This document shows, one piece after another, positions 46,528-56,300 of a stretch of 64,000 nt of DNA. The DNA comes from an uncultured virus (IMG/VR IMGVR_UViG_3300037115_000242) (taxonomy: Duplodnaviria > Heunggongvirae > Uroviricota > Caudoviricetes): IMG/VR virus record IMGVR_UViG_3300037115_000242, one strand, 5' to 3'. The notes beneath the pieces are model-generated. The model searched no databases and was not told where the DNA came from. It worked only from the letters and a program-made list of their open reading frames with translations. A program made the translations under genes and the position numbers. Within the stretch, counting starts at the first letter, position 1. Each line of letters begins with the position of its first letter.

Positions 46528-47421
46528 ATGACCGCACGTCAGCCAAAAGGCATCCCTGTTGGAGGCCAGTTCGCCGAGAGTCGCAAGCCCGACGGTGGCG
46601 ATCTCGCAACATCAGTCGATACATTGCCGCCGCCCGTCGCTTCCTCGACCAAGGGGATATGGGACATCGAGCACGCCTCGAAGCCGAAGCCAATCGACCG
46701 AGGCAACGGGATCATCTCTACCTCGTTCAATCTCTCCGGCGAGCCATCGGCCAACACCGACATTTCGGCACGCATCGCGGCCTACGAGAAGCCGAATGAT
46801 CTCGACGAGAAAATTGCGGCCGCAATTGCGAGCAACGAGCCGGTCACTGTTCTCAGTGTGGGTGACGGGGCCTTCGGCGGATCGTTTCCTCGAATCGTCC
46901 AAGGCAAACTCTTTCGAGGACGTAGTGGCGATGTTGCCTTCTTGCCAACCGGGAAGCGTACGCAAGGCTTCAAGTTGAAGACGCCTCTCGACATCATCTC
47001 CGACAAGAAGCCCGCGTCCATCACCGAGTTGAATCGTCGCTGGTATGAAGGAACTGGTATCCCGCCCACCGAGCCGCTCACCTTAGAGATGCTCCGTGGC
47101 GCAAGCGAAGAGAATCCCATCGCCCTGATCTACACGCACCCCGGATTCGATGGTGAGCCCACACCGGGCTGTGTCTGGTACATCGACTACTACGAAGAGG
47201 ACGAAGACCAGGAGCCAGGAACCGGCATCGCGGGTGGCTACATGTGGGCTCCCGACGACCACGGACTCACCTCCGAGCACGGGTCGACCTACGCCAAGGA
47301 GATACTCACCAAGGGAGCCGTGGTGCCACTGAAGCCGGGGGTCAACTTCAAGACGATGACAGAGTTGCCGGAAGATCGCGCAGGTGCGTACAAGCAGTTG
47401 TTCGGAGGGGCCGATGACTAA
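46528..47421 (+). CDS. Leader-tagged protein 27
   Basis: MTARQPKGIPVGGQFAESRKPDGGDL; motif at 46493-46501. Confidence 0.87.
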   Translation: MTARQPKGIPVGGQFAESRKPDGGDLATSVDTLPPPVASSTKGIWDIEHASKPKPIDRGNGIISTSFNLSGEPSANTDISARIAAYEKPNDLDEKIAAAIASNEPVTVLSVGDGAFGGSFPRIVQGKLFRGRSGDVAFLPTGKRTQGFKLKTPLDIISDKKPASITELNRRWYEGTGIPPTEPLTLEMLRGASEENPIALIYTHPGFDGEPTPGCVWYIDYYEEDEDQEPGTGIAGGYMWAPDDHGLTSEHGSTYAKEILTKGAVVPLKPGVNFKTMTELPEDRAGAYKQLFGGADD

Positions 47422-48322
47422 TCGTCAGCCGAGGGGCATCCCAGTTGGAGGTCAATTCGCCGAAGGTCGCAACCCTGAGGGCGGAGACCTCGCGTCCGAT
47501 GGCTTGCTCGCTACTTACAGCCAGATGAGGCAAGTCTTCGAGAGTTCCGTGGTGGAGATAGCCGACGGCGACGGTTCACAACTCAACGAGACCGACCACG
47601 ACCGACTCATGGTCGCGGCTCGCAACTTCTTTGACAACCAGACGTTTCACCCACCCACCCGAAGTGGCATGAGAGAGATCGCCGAAAAGTTCGTGTATGA
47701 AGACCCCGCCGCGAAACTGATTCTTAGTCACGGCGCAACACCTCCACCGACACCACCAGAAGACCTGAAGGCGACGTTGGAGGCCATGTGGCAAGAGGCC
47801 GAGTCTGAGTACAACGAAGCGTCCAAAGACAGCGCCGATGACGAAGAGAACGTCGGATACTGGGACGGGATGAAAGCGGGAATCGGCAAGGCGCAGGTCG
47901 CTCTCGCTGACTCTGGCTGGACTCCACCGACGACCTACCCCGAGAACGAAGACGAACTTATGGTCATCTCAATGACCGTGAACCGTCGAACCGGAGAAGT
48001 CAACGTGACCACCGATGGAAAACTCTCGGGCAACACGGGGTTCCAGTACGCCTACGATCAACTCACCGAAGCGGCCAGCGACATCGTGTCGAGCAATCCT
48101 GAAGCGTTCATCACCGATCCTCTGCCTCGCACGATCACACTGAAGCACGGCACCGTATCCGCGAGCAACTACGACAACGAGCACTTCTTCCTCTCCGAAG
48201 AGGCCGTCAAGGACGCCGAGTTCCTTCAGGACGATGGTGCGTACGTCTACCTGAAACTCAAGGACGGTCAAGTCGTCCTTCTCGACCCCATCGACGTTGA
48301 GGTCTCTGACCCACCGTTTTAG
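47414..48322 (+). CDS. Leader-tagged protein 28
   Basis: MTNRQPRGIPVGGQFAEGRNPEGGDL; GGAGG RBS. Confidence 0.87.
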   Translation: MTNRQPRGIPVGGQFAEGRNPEGGDLASDGLLATYSQMRQVFESSVVEIADGDGSQLNETDHDRLMVAARNFFDNQTFHPPTRSGMREIAEKFVYEDPAAKLILSHGATPPPTPPEDLKATLEAMWQEAESEYNEASKDSADDEENVGYWDGMKAGIGKAQVALADSGWTPPTTYPENEDELMVISMTVNRRTGEVNVTTDGKLSGNTGFQYAYDQLTEAASDIVSSNPEAFITDPLPRTITLKHGTVSASNYDNEHFFLSEEAVKDAEFLQDDGAYVYLKLKDGQVVLLDPIDVEVSDPPF

Positions 48323-48397
48323 GGAATTGGCGGGGCGTAGTCATCTTCGTGGGGCTAGGAAACCATTGAAGCGAGCAAGCCCTATGGAGACAACTAG

Positions 48398-49396
48398 ATG
48401 AAACTCAGTGACTACGACGACGCTAAATTCGCCGAGAGCCGAGACTCAGTCGCCAGGGGTGGTTTGCCTCTTCGTCGCACCACTCTTCCCGGCACTATTA
48501 AGCCCCTCGGCGAGTCACTGGTCTTGACTCCCGACAGCAACTTCGCCACGATCACGTTGACGCAACCGCAGATCATTCTGCTCGACGACGAGACACTCCA
48601 CAAACTCCAACGCTCGATGGAAGCGAGTCTTGGTCACGCCCTCAAGATCGCCGCTCGTAACCCCTTCATCACGTGCGTCGCTGTCGTGACCGACGCGCTC
48701 GCTCGTTCTTACTGGTCGCCCGACGTCGATCAATCCGGCAACGCGGCGATGTGGGCGAGGGCATTCAAACTCGATCCCAAAGACATCAACACCCCCAAGA
48801 GACTTTTTCGCCTCGCCGCCGAGTCCACCCAAGGCATGATGACCGGCGGAGCAACCGCACTCAAGGACGACGGAGTTATGGACCTTCTGCTCGATGAAGA
48901 AACCTCCTACGCGACGTCGTACAAGGCACTTTCGCTCATGGACAAGTTGGAAGAGATCAGTGAAGTTGGTTCGTCACTTCTTCGCTCTGACCCGTTACTG
49001 CGCGAACGCTACGTGTGCAATGGCGAAGTCTCGACGTTCACCAACGCTTCACTCACGGGCGGTGGAGAAATCAAGGGCATCCTCTCGTCACCCTCGAAAT
49101 TGCGCGTGGCGAAGCCGCTCCTCGTCATGATTGGTCGCGAAGCGTTCAACACAGAGATACTCAGAATGTCGTATAAGAAAAGCGAAGGTGGACTCATCGC
49201 GACCATCAAGGCCACGGGCAAGGGAGTGTCCATCTCGAAGTTCATGGCTCGCGAAACGCCGTACCTCACGAACAAGCCGTACACGGGGAGTGGGTTCACC
49301 CCCAAGATGGCTTTGCGTGAGAGACTCACTACTCGTGAAGTACCCCTCGACGTGACGCTCGCCGCGTTCGGAGAACAGGAAGAGGAAGCATCTTGA
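48398..49396 (+). CDS. Hypothetical protein
   Basis: 332 aa, GGAGA RBS, overlaps thyX. Confidence 0.7.
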   Translation: MKLSDYDDAKFAESRDSVARGGLPLRRTTLPGTIKPLGESLVLTPDSNFATITLTQPQIILLDDETLHKLQRSMEASLGHALKIAARNPFITCVAVVTDALARSYWSPDVDQSGNAAMWARAFKLDPKDINTPKRLFRLAAESTQGMMTGGATALKDDGVMDLLLDEETSYATSYKALSLMDKLEEISEVGSSLLRSDPLLRERYVCNGEVSTFTNASLTGGGEIKGILSSPSKLRVAKPLLVMIGREAFNTEILRMSYKKSEGGLIATIKATGKGVSISKFMARETPYLTNKPYTGSGFTPKMALRERLTTREVPLDVTLAAFGEQEEEAS

Positions 49397-50262
49397 CGTC
49401 AACACTTCAAATCGAAGCGCACATAGTCGCCGATTCCATCTCGACAACCGGGGCTCGCATCACCACGGTGCAGGTCACCATTCACCGCTTCATGTTGCCC
49501 GAACTCAACACCCATCGAGTGTTCAGTCGCAACTCCGCATCGAGCCGCGCCATTCCCGTCAAGACGCAACTCGAACGTATCGAGGCATCACCCGCGTTCC
49601 CGATTTCGTGGCCCTTTGAGAAGCCCGGTATGCAGGGCGGCGGTGAACTCGAAGGGAAGGACCTCGCCGAGGCGCAGGCTCTCTTTACTGAGGTCCACGC
49701 CTTCGTTATGAACGCGGTCAAGACCTACGTGGACGACCACCCCGAGATCGAACACCGACTCCACAAGTCGGTCTTGAATCGCCTCCTCGAACCCTTCATG
49801 TGGCATACCGTGGTCATCACTTCGACCGAGTGGGATAACTTCTTCGGACTCCGTTGTTCACCACTCGCCCAGCCGGAGATTCGTCGAGCCGCCGAGTTAA
49901 TCAAGGTGGCGTACGACGCCAGCACCCCCGTGAAGCGGAGTGAGTTCTCGATCAACAACGAATTCGACAGTTGGCACTTGCCGTACATCACGCTCATCGA
50001 GAGGGCGTCTCTGCCTCTGCGCGACCTACAGAAGATCAGTGTGGCTCGATGCGCTCGCGTGTCATCACTCCACGCCGGAGATGCTCGCGATTACGAGCAG
50101 GACTACCGTCTTGTTGACTCACTCACGAGTGCCTTTCCTCCTCACGCCTCACCACTGGAGCACGTCGCCGTTCCGTGTGACGACGCCGCCCACCACGAGC
50201 ACGCCAACTTTGAGGGGTGGCACCAGTTACGCCACTTCGCAGGTTGGAACACCCGTGACTAA
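49393..50262 (+). CDS. thyX: FAD-dependent thymidylate synthase (phage-type ThyX)
   Basis: IVADS, ELNTHRVFSRNSASSRAIP, NRLLEPF, NFFGLR, AQPEI, SVARCARVS, HASPLEH. Confidence 0.85.
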   Translation: MTSTLQIEAHIVADSISTTGARITTVQVTIHRFMLPELNTHRVFSRNSASSRAIPVKTQLERIEASPAFPISWPFEKPGMQGGGELEGKDLAEAQALFTEVHAFVMNAVKTYVDDHPEIEHRLHKSVLNRLLEPFMWHTVVITSTEWDNFFGLRCSPLAQPEIRRAAELIKVAYDASTPVKRSEFSINNEFDSWHLPYITLIERASLPLRDLQKISVARCARVSSLHAGDARDYEQDYRLVDSLTSAFPPHASPLEHVAVPCDDAAHHEHANFEGWHQLRHFAGWNTRD

Positions 50263-50551
50263 AACTGAAACATCTTGCGCCTGTAGCGAGGTCTACGCCG
50301 GAAGCGAGCCGACAGGCTCCTTCAACTGGAACCCGGATTGTCTCATCCACGGCACCGAATCAAAGTGGTGGAACTCGACCGCGCAGGTAGCGCAACGTCG
50401 CAAAGACGATGAGCGTCTTCGGCTGATACAGACCAAGGCAAGATTCGCTCGTCAACTCGGTGTTGGTTGCCACGGACGTCCCATAGAAGAACTGGAGCCC
50501 GAGGGAGACTGTGAAGTCTGTGACCTCACTCGATCCGCACTAGAAAGGTAG
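50255..50551 (+). CDS. Small Cys-rich protein
   Basis: GTG start; CAC..CLIHG..CEVC. Confidence 0.5.
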   Translation: MTKTETSCACSEVYAGSEPTGSFNWNPDCLIHGTESKWWNSTAQVAQRRKDDERLRLIQTKARFARQLGVGCHGRPIEELEPEGDCEVCDLTRSALER

Positions 50552-50553
50552 CA

Positions 50554-50856
50554 GTGGACTATTTTCTCGCAGTGCTTGCCGTGGTAGTGACAGCCGTGGG
50601 ATTCTTCTTCCGACGTCGGCCAAGCGCGGTCGTTCGCATCGTCGGTGACGTCATCATTGTGACGGGACTCCTCACGCTCGTCGAGTCGTTACTGACCATC
50701 CTCGGGGTAGTGTCGCCGTCTCCCACCAACATCAATGACCACGTGACATCTCACGGGATCATGTTTGCGATCTTGATGGTCCTCTTAGACGCAGGGTTCT
50801 TCACGTTCGTATTCTTTCGCGCCCGAGGACGCAAGAGCCACGAGTTAAGCGAGTAG
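50554..50856 (+). CDS. Small membrane protein (three TM)
   Basis: Three hydrophobic segments; AAAGG RBS. Confidence 0.6.
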   Translation: MDYFLAVLAVVVTAVGFFFRRRPSAVVRIVGDVIIVTGLLTLVESLLTILGVVSPSPTNINDHVTSHGIMFAILMVLLDAGFFTFVFFRARGRKSHELSE

Positions 50857-51636
50857 CGCGGACACCAGTTCGATGTTCGCGTCGGCGTACGAGTCGACGA
50901 TTGTTCGTAACTGTTCTCGCAAGGCCAGCACCGAGGAAAGTGACGCCTTGAATGCCACGTCCGTCCACTCGTCGCATCCTCGAAACCAGGTTGACGCCAC
51001 GTCCGCTATGGGTCTGATCGCGGCGAGTTCACCAGCGGACAGAACCTCGTCAAGGGTATCGACCAACGACAACGCTCCGTCATGCCACGCACATCGATAC
51101 AGCGGAGCCTGGAGCCACAACGCCGAGTCGAGGATCGACCGACCTTGACCGGAAACTTCGACACCCTTTTCGTCGAGCATGTCGAGAACCTCGTCGAAAC
51201 TGCCGTCGAGCCACTTCTGGATTCGTCGTACTCCGTCCTCAGTCGTGGTGTCGATGCCCAGTGGCGCAAGCACGTCGGTCCACAGTCCGGTGATCGGGTC
51301 ATAGAGTCCCGAGGCTTCTAGTTCGAGGCACAGCCGCACAGCCATGACGTTTGTTCCTTCGGTCTGTCCGTCGTCGAGGAGCCAGAGCGCCGTGGTAGTT
51401 CGTGGGAGCCACCAGAGCGGTAGCCACATCGACGACGGATTGATGGAGCGCGGTCGTCCACTTTCGAGAAGCCTGCCTCCGTTGAACGGAAGGGGAAGTC
51501 TCGTGAGTGGTGACGCCACCACGTTGCTGACCCCGAGAGAGTGCATGACCCTCTGCATACGAAGCGCCGCCTCAATCGGGTCGTGCGAGAGCAGCAACGA
51601 GTCACCTGGTTCGGTGAAGAATGTACGGTCGGTCAC
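50845..51636 (-). CDS. Hypothetical protein
   Basis: 263 aa, GAGGAGG RBS, GTGA-coupled. Confidence 0.7.
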   Translation of the reverse strand: MTDRTFFTEPGDSLLLSHDPIEAALRMQRVMHSLGVSNVVASPLTRLPLPFNGGRLLESGRPRSINPSSMWLPLWWLPRTTTALWLLDDGQTEGTNVMAVRLCLELEASGLYDPITGLWTDVLAPLGIDTTTEDGVRRIQKWLDGSFDEVLDMLDEKGVEVSGQGRSILDSALWLQAPLYRCAWHDGALSLVDTLDEVLSAGELAAIRPIADVASTWFRGCDEWTDVAFKASLSSVLALREQLRTIVDSYADANIELVSALLA

Positions 51637-52199
51637 GAAGCCTCCTCGGAAAGTGCAGCAATTCTGGCAAGCCCCATCCGGTCGCGCAGTGCGTCAAGCC
51701 ACAGGTGCGCCGGAGCCACGTAGATGCCTCGCGCCGTCACTAACTCTCCCGTCTTGAGAACATGAGTGATGGCGGCGGGCATCGACTTCATCAAGATGAC
51801 TGGTTCACCATTATCGAAGGGCCATTCAATACATGACGCGAGCCACCTGGTGCCGTTGACGCGAGCGTGTTGCACGATAGAGAGTCCGACGGCGTACTCC
51901 AAAGGGGCCTTGGCGTTCTTCGCTTGGACGTGTGCGCCCTGAGCCGCCTGGATCAACGCTTGGCTGAGGTACTGACGCTTGAACGACTTGATCTGGATAG
52001 TCACTGCTCGGTCGTCGAAGCCGAATCCAAAGATGTCGCCGGTATCCATTGCTCGACCAGCACCGAGTTTGCGGTCGAGGTCGGCAACGGTATATTCGCC
52101 TTTGGCGAAGTGCCCGATCAAATCAGCGGCGTGCAACCGAAGGAAGTCTCGGGCCTCGCGTTCGCCGCGATCACCCTTGTTCTTATTGGCGTTCGCCAT
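51633..52199 (-). CDS. Holliday-junction-resolvase-like PD-(D/E)XK nuclease
   Basis: MANANKNKGDRGERE..DTGDI..TIQIK; GAGGAG RBS before ATG 52199. Confidence 0.7.
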   Translation of the reverse strand: MANANKNKGDRGEREARDFLRLHAADLIGHFAKGEYTVADLDRKLGAGRAMDTGDIFGFGFDDRAVTIQIKSFKRQYLSQALIQAAQGAHVQAKNAKAPLEYAVGLSIVQHARVNGTRWLASCIEWPFDNGEPVILMKSMPAAITHVLKTGELVTARGIYVAPAHLWLDALRDRMGLARIAALSEEAS

Positions 52200-52333
52200 A
52201 CGCTCCTCTAGCGGTCTGTTGCCCAAAGGATAATGCCAAAAGGGTTGGTACGGTGGTATCTGCTCTCGTTCCAAGGTCGGTCAACTAGGGATAGATAGTC
52301 GTTAAGCGCATCACCCACATGGAGGAATTCAAA

Positions 52334-52747
52334 ATGACTACGCTCACCAAAATTGACCGAAACGCCCTCAGACTGATTGACGCAGAGATCACTGTTGCAA
52401 TGACGGCCATCGCCGAAAAGTTCGGCTTGACCTACAAGCACGGCTCGGGACGATTCTCGGCCACCACCTATCGGACCAGCGCCGAGTTCGCTCTCCCCGC
52501 TGACCCCGAGACTGACCGCGCCGAGTTCGCTCGCAACGCCATGTTCATACGCGACATCAAAGGTAACCAGGCGTTCACCGAGGATGACTTCGGTCGCACC
52601 TTCGTGCAGAACCGTCGCACCTACACTGTCACCGGACTTCACCCCAACCGCCCTGCCTACCCCGTGACCGCGACTCGCGATGACGGTCGTGGCTACAAGT
52701 TCCCGGCCTCAATGGTGAGGTTGCTCTTGGACGCCGCCAAGAAGTAA
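52334..52747 (+). CDS. Conserved phage-type hypothetical protein
   Basis: GGAGG RBS; DFGRTF..YTVTGL.PNRPAYPV..DGRGYKF. Confidence 0.7.
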   Translation: MTTLTKIDRNALRLIDAEITVAMTAIAEKFGLTYKHGSGRFSATTYRTSAEFALPADPETDRAEFARNAMFIRDIKGNQAFTEDDFGRTFVQNRRTYTVTGLHPNRPAYPVTATRDDGRGYKFPASMVRLLLDAAKK

Positions 52748-53227
52748 ATGTTCTCATTCGTTTTCTGGCAGTCCGCCGTACAATTCGGTTTGCTCGGTGT
52801 TGCTGGCCTCGCTCTCAATGTCGCGTTGGTCGGCACCACCGGGTCTACCGGAACTCCACGAAAGAAACTCGCGGTGCGAGGACTCGTCGTCATGCTGATC
52901 GCCCTCGTGCTGGTAGCCGGTTCGGTACCACTGTTCGACAACGCGCCCGTGAGAAATTCGACTCTCTCACGCAACGACGCCCAGTTGATCGCGACCGACG
53001 CCGACCTCCTATCCAAGCCCACGTCACCCACGCAAGCGTTGTCGGTCATCAAAGAGGCGGCGGAGTCGGTCGAGACGCGCACCAACGACATCATCAAGGT
53101 CAACGAGGCGTATTTCTACCACTTCAACATCACGTCCTCCAACGGCCACGGCAAGAACACGTTCGCCGTCTGTGTGGCCTACAGCCACAACGACAATGTC
53201 TGGATTCCCTCCGTATCACCCTGCTGA
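52748..53227 (+). CDS. Membrane protein
   Basis: Two TM segments plus an extracellular domain with two Cys. Confidence 0.6.
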   Translation: MFSFVFWQSAVQFGLLGVAGLALNVALVGTTGSTGTPRKKLAVRGLVVMLIALVLVAGSVPLFDNAPVRNSTLSRNDAQLIATDADLLSKPTSPTQALSVIKEAAESVETRTNDIIKVNEAYFYHFNITSSNGHGKNTFAVCVAYSHNDNVWIPSVSPC

Positions 53228-53390
53228 CCCAATGAACCGCAGGTCGCCAAGAGGGGCTAGAGAGTCGGCAAGCAACGATGGAGAGGAAAAGTGATCAAGA
53301 CGCAAAACCACCTTCACCTATCCGCCCGTCGTAACACCATCCCGATAATCTGGATTCCTGTTCGTATGTCGCGACAGCGGCGAGGGTCAC

Positions 53391-56300
53391 ATGGCAGTTG
53401 ATAATTCAGACTCATTCGTGCATCTGCACACCCATAGTGACTTCTCCGTACGCGACTCCATTGCTCGACTGAACGATCTCTGCGTGGCCGCGATGCTCGA
53501 CGAGCAACCCGCGCTCGCCATCACCGACCACGGCAACCTCGGAGCGAGTCGCTTGTTGCGCGACGCCGCCGAACACAACGGGATCAAACCGATCTACGGA
53601 GTAGAGGCGTACCTCGCTATCGAGGACGGCGAGCCGAACGCTCGACTTCGCCAGAACACGGTCACCCGTGACAAGGCAGACGACGAGGACGACACCGTCT
53701 CCGCCGACAATGAGGGTGAGAAGGAGAAGAAGTACAACCACCTAACGATCCTCGCGGAGACTCCCGAGGGCTGGTCGAACTTGTTGCGCATCCAAGCCGA
53801 AGCCAACGACGCTTTCTGGAGCAAGCCTCGCGCCGACCTCGACCTCCTACAGGAGCATCACGAGGGACTCATCGTTCTGACCGGGTGTCTCGGTGGTCCG
53901 ATCAAGGAACCGCTCGCGCACGGTGACGTCGAGGGCGCACGCAAGAACCTCGGACGCCTCGTGGACATCTTCGGCAAGACCAACGTCTTCATTGAGGTCA
54001 TGAGTCACGGGATTCCCCAAGAGGATCGACTCAATGGGCAACTGGAGAAGTTCGCCAAGGAGTTCGGTCTGCGCTCAGTCGCCACCAACGACTCTCACTA
54101 CGTCCACGAGAGTGACGAGCACGCCCACGATGCGTGGCTCTGTGTCTCCTCGAACTCCACGCTCGACAATCCCAACCGATGGAAGTTCTCCGGTAGTGGC
54201 TTTCACCTTCGTAGCGCGGCGGAGATGCGCGAACTCTTCACCCTCGACCAGTGTGACCTCACCCTAGAGATCGCTGAACGATGCACCCAGTACGACATGA
54301 TGCCCAAGCACGGCCTCCGTCTACCGACCTACGACCCGAGCGATGAGCGCGACAGTGACCGCATCCTCTACGAGATGACTCGCGACGCCGCTCCGAAACG
54401 ATACGGCTCACCTCTGCCCGCTGTGGTGAAGGAGCGCCTGCGCTACGAACTCGACATCATCGCCAACGCCCACCTCTCGGACTACTTCCTCATCGTTGCC
54501 GACATGATTCACTGGGCCAAGGCACAGGGCATCCGTGTCGGTCCCGGTCGAGGTTCCGCCGCTGGATCGTGCGTGTCGTACTCGCTCGGCATCACCAACA
54601 TCGACCCCATCAAGCACGGACTCCTGTTCGAGCGATTCTTGAACCCCACCCGTGTGAAGATGCCGGACATTGACTCCGACTTCGAGCAGAACCGTCGTGA
54701 AGAGGTCATTGCCTACCTCGCCCAACGTTGGGGTGACGACCGCGTGGCGCGTATCGGCACGCACGGAACGTCGATGGCGAAGAACTCACTCCGAGCGGCG
54801 GGCAAGGTACTCAGTGAGGGAGGGATGGCGAACAAACTCGCCTCGATGGTTCCCACGATGACCGGTGGCCGCACTGCCTCCATGAAAGAACTGGTCAGCG
54901 GATCAGCCAGTCACGAATTCAAAGAGATGGCCGAAGGTGCGCCTCGCGTCATTGAGATTGCGACGGCCTTCGAGGGCATCGTCAACACCGAAGGTATTCA
55001 CGCCTGTGGCGTCGTGGTCAGCGACGAGTCACTCCTCGGACTGGTGCCCCTGCGACGTGACCGCAAGACCAACAGTCGTGTCACCGAGTGGGACGGCACC
55101 GAGATCGAAGACGCGAACTTCTTGAAGATGGACGTGCTCGGACTCACCGCGCTCGACATCATTCAGTCCACGGCACGTCTCGCTGGTATCGATCCCGACG
55201 AGATTGACTTCGAGGACGAGAAGGCATGGGACCTGATCGCCAAGGGGCACACCTCTGGCTTGTTCCAACTTGAGTCGACGGGTATGACCGACCTCGCGAG
55301 ACGCATCAACGCACGTTCGGTTGACGACCTCGGAGCCGTCATTGCTCTCTATCGTCCTGGTCCGCTCGGCATCGGTATGCACATCATGTACGCCGACCGC
55401 AAAGCGGGAACCGCACCCGTGGACTACGGCATCTTTAGTAACGACGAAGCCGAAGTCGAGATCATCAAGTCGATCCTCGGCGAGACCTACGGCGTCATCA
55501 CCTACCAGGAGCAGATTCTCCGACTCGCCGACGTGGTGGCTGGTTTCGGTCCGCCGGAACGAAGCAACCTCCTCACCGCCATCGGTAAAAAGATTCGTGA
55601 GCAGATGGACCTCTCGGGTGAGTTGTTCTTGAAGATGGCCGTTCAAAATGTTGACCACGCGGGCGAATCCAAGATGGCCTTCTCGACGTTGACCGCGAAT
55701 AAGTTGTGGGACTCCTTCAAGTCGGCGGGAGACTACCTCTTCAACAAGTCGCACGCGGTGGGCTACGCCTACGTGACCTATCAGATGGCGTGGCTCAAGG
55801 CGAACTACCCCGCTGAGTTCGCGGCTGGTTGGTTGTCGCACACTGACGACGCCGACAAGCGAGCGACCTTCTTAGCCAACCTCGAAGGCGTGCCGCTGGC
55901 GTGCCCCGACGTCAACCACTCACTCGCCACTCCAAGCGTGCACGAAGGAAGTGTGACACTCGGACTTGGTGGTATCTCGGACGTGGGATCGGTAGCAGAC
56001 GCCATCGTGAGCGAACGTCTGGCGAACGGTCCTTTCACCTCTCTGCACAACCTCGCCTCGCGGGTCAAGATCGACGACAAGCGCATCTCGGTCACGGCAC
56101 TGAACGCGCTGGTGGACTGCGGTGCGTGCGACGCCTTCGGACCACGACTCGGCCAAGTGATGATGATGGGCACGGTCAAAGACGTTGACGCGCCCGTGCC
56201 CGACTTCGAGTTCGACGTCCTAGAGCGCAGTGCTCGCGAACGTCAGCGTCTCGGCATCCTCGTCTCCGAGAACCCTCTGCGGGTGTTGCGTGGTCAACTG

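Larger units (their letters stand above)
30156..48322 (+). repeat. Tandem array of 28 genes sharing a ~78-bp 5' region that encodes the RQPKGTPVGGQFAEGRKPEG leader
   Basis: Leader at the start of every consecutive gene; third codon positions vary while amino acids are conserved. Confidence 0.95.

Noticed and set aside
32748..47414. N-terminal extensions in the ORF track before the leader (e.g. 32748, 34010, 34231, 36661, 38734, 39616, 40835, 41064, 47384)
   Set aside because: They overlap upstream genes; RBS position, stop-start coupling and leader alignment point to the downstream starts
30156..48322. CRISPR array or non-coding DNA repeat
   Set aside because: The repeats are in-frame coding sequence with synonymous variation, spaced irregularly by about 230-1100 bp; no cas operon is present
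30156..48322. Diversity-generating retroelement, shufflon or integron
   Set aside because: No reverse transcriptase or site-specific recombinase recognised in the window, no adenine-specific TR/VR pair, all genes on one strand, no attC-like palindromes noticed
30156..48322. RiPP precursor array
   Set aside because: Cargos are mostly full protein domains, and no modifying enzymes or peptidase-transporter were seen nearby
53429..53439. CACCCATAGT as another regulatory motif copy
   Set aside because: Lies inside the dnaE HTHS codons and lacks the 5' G; probably coincidental
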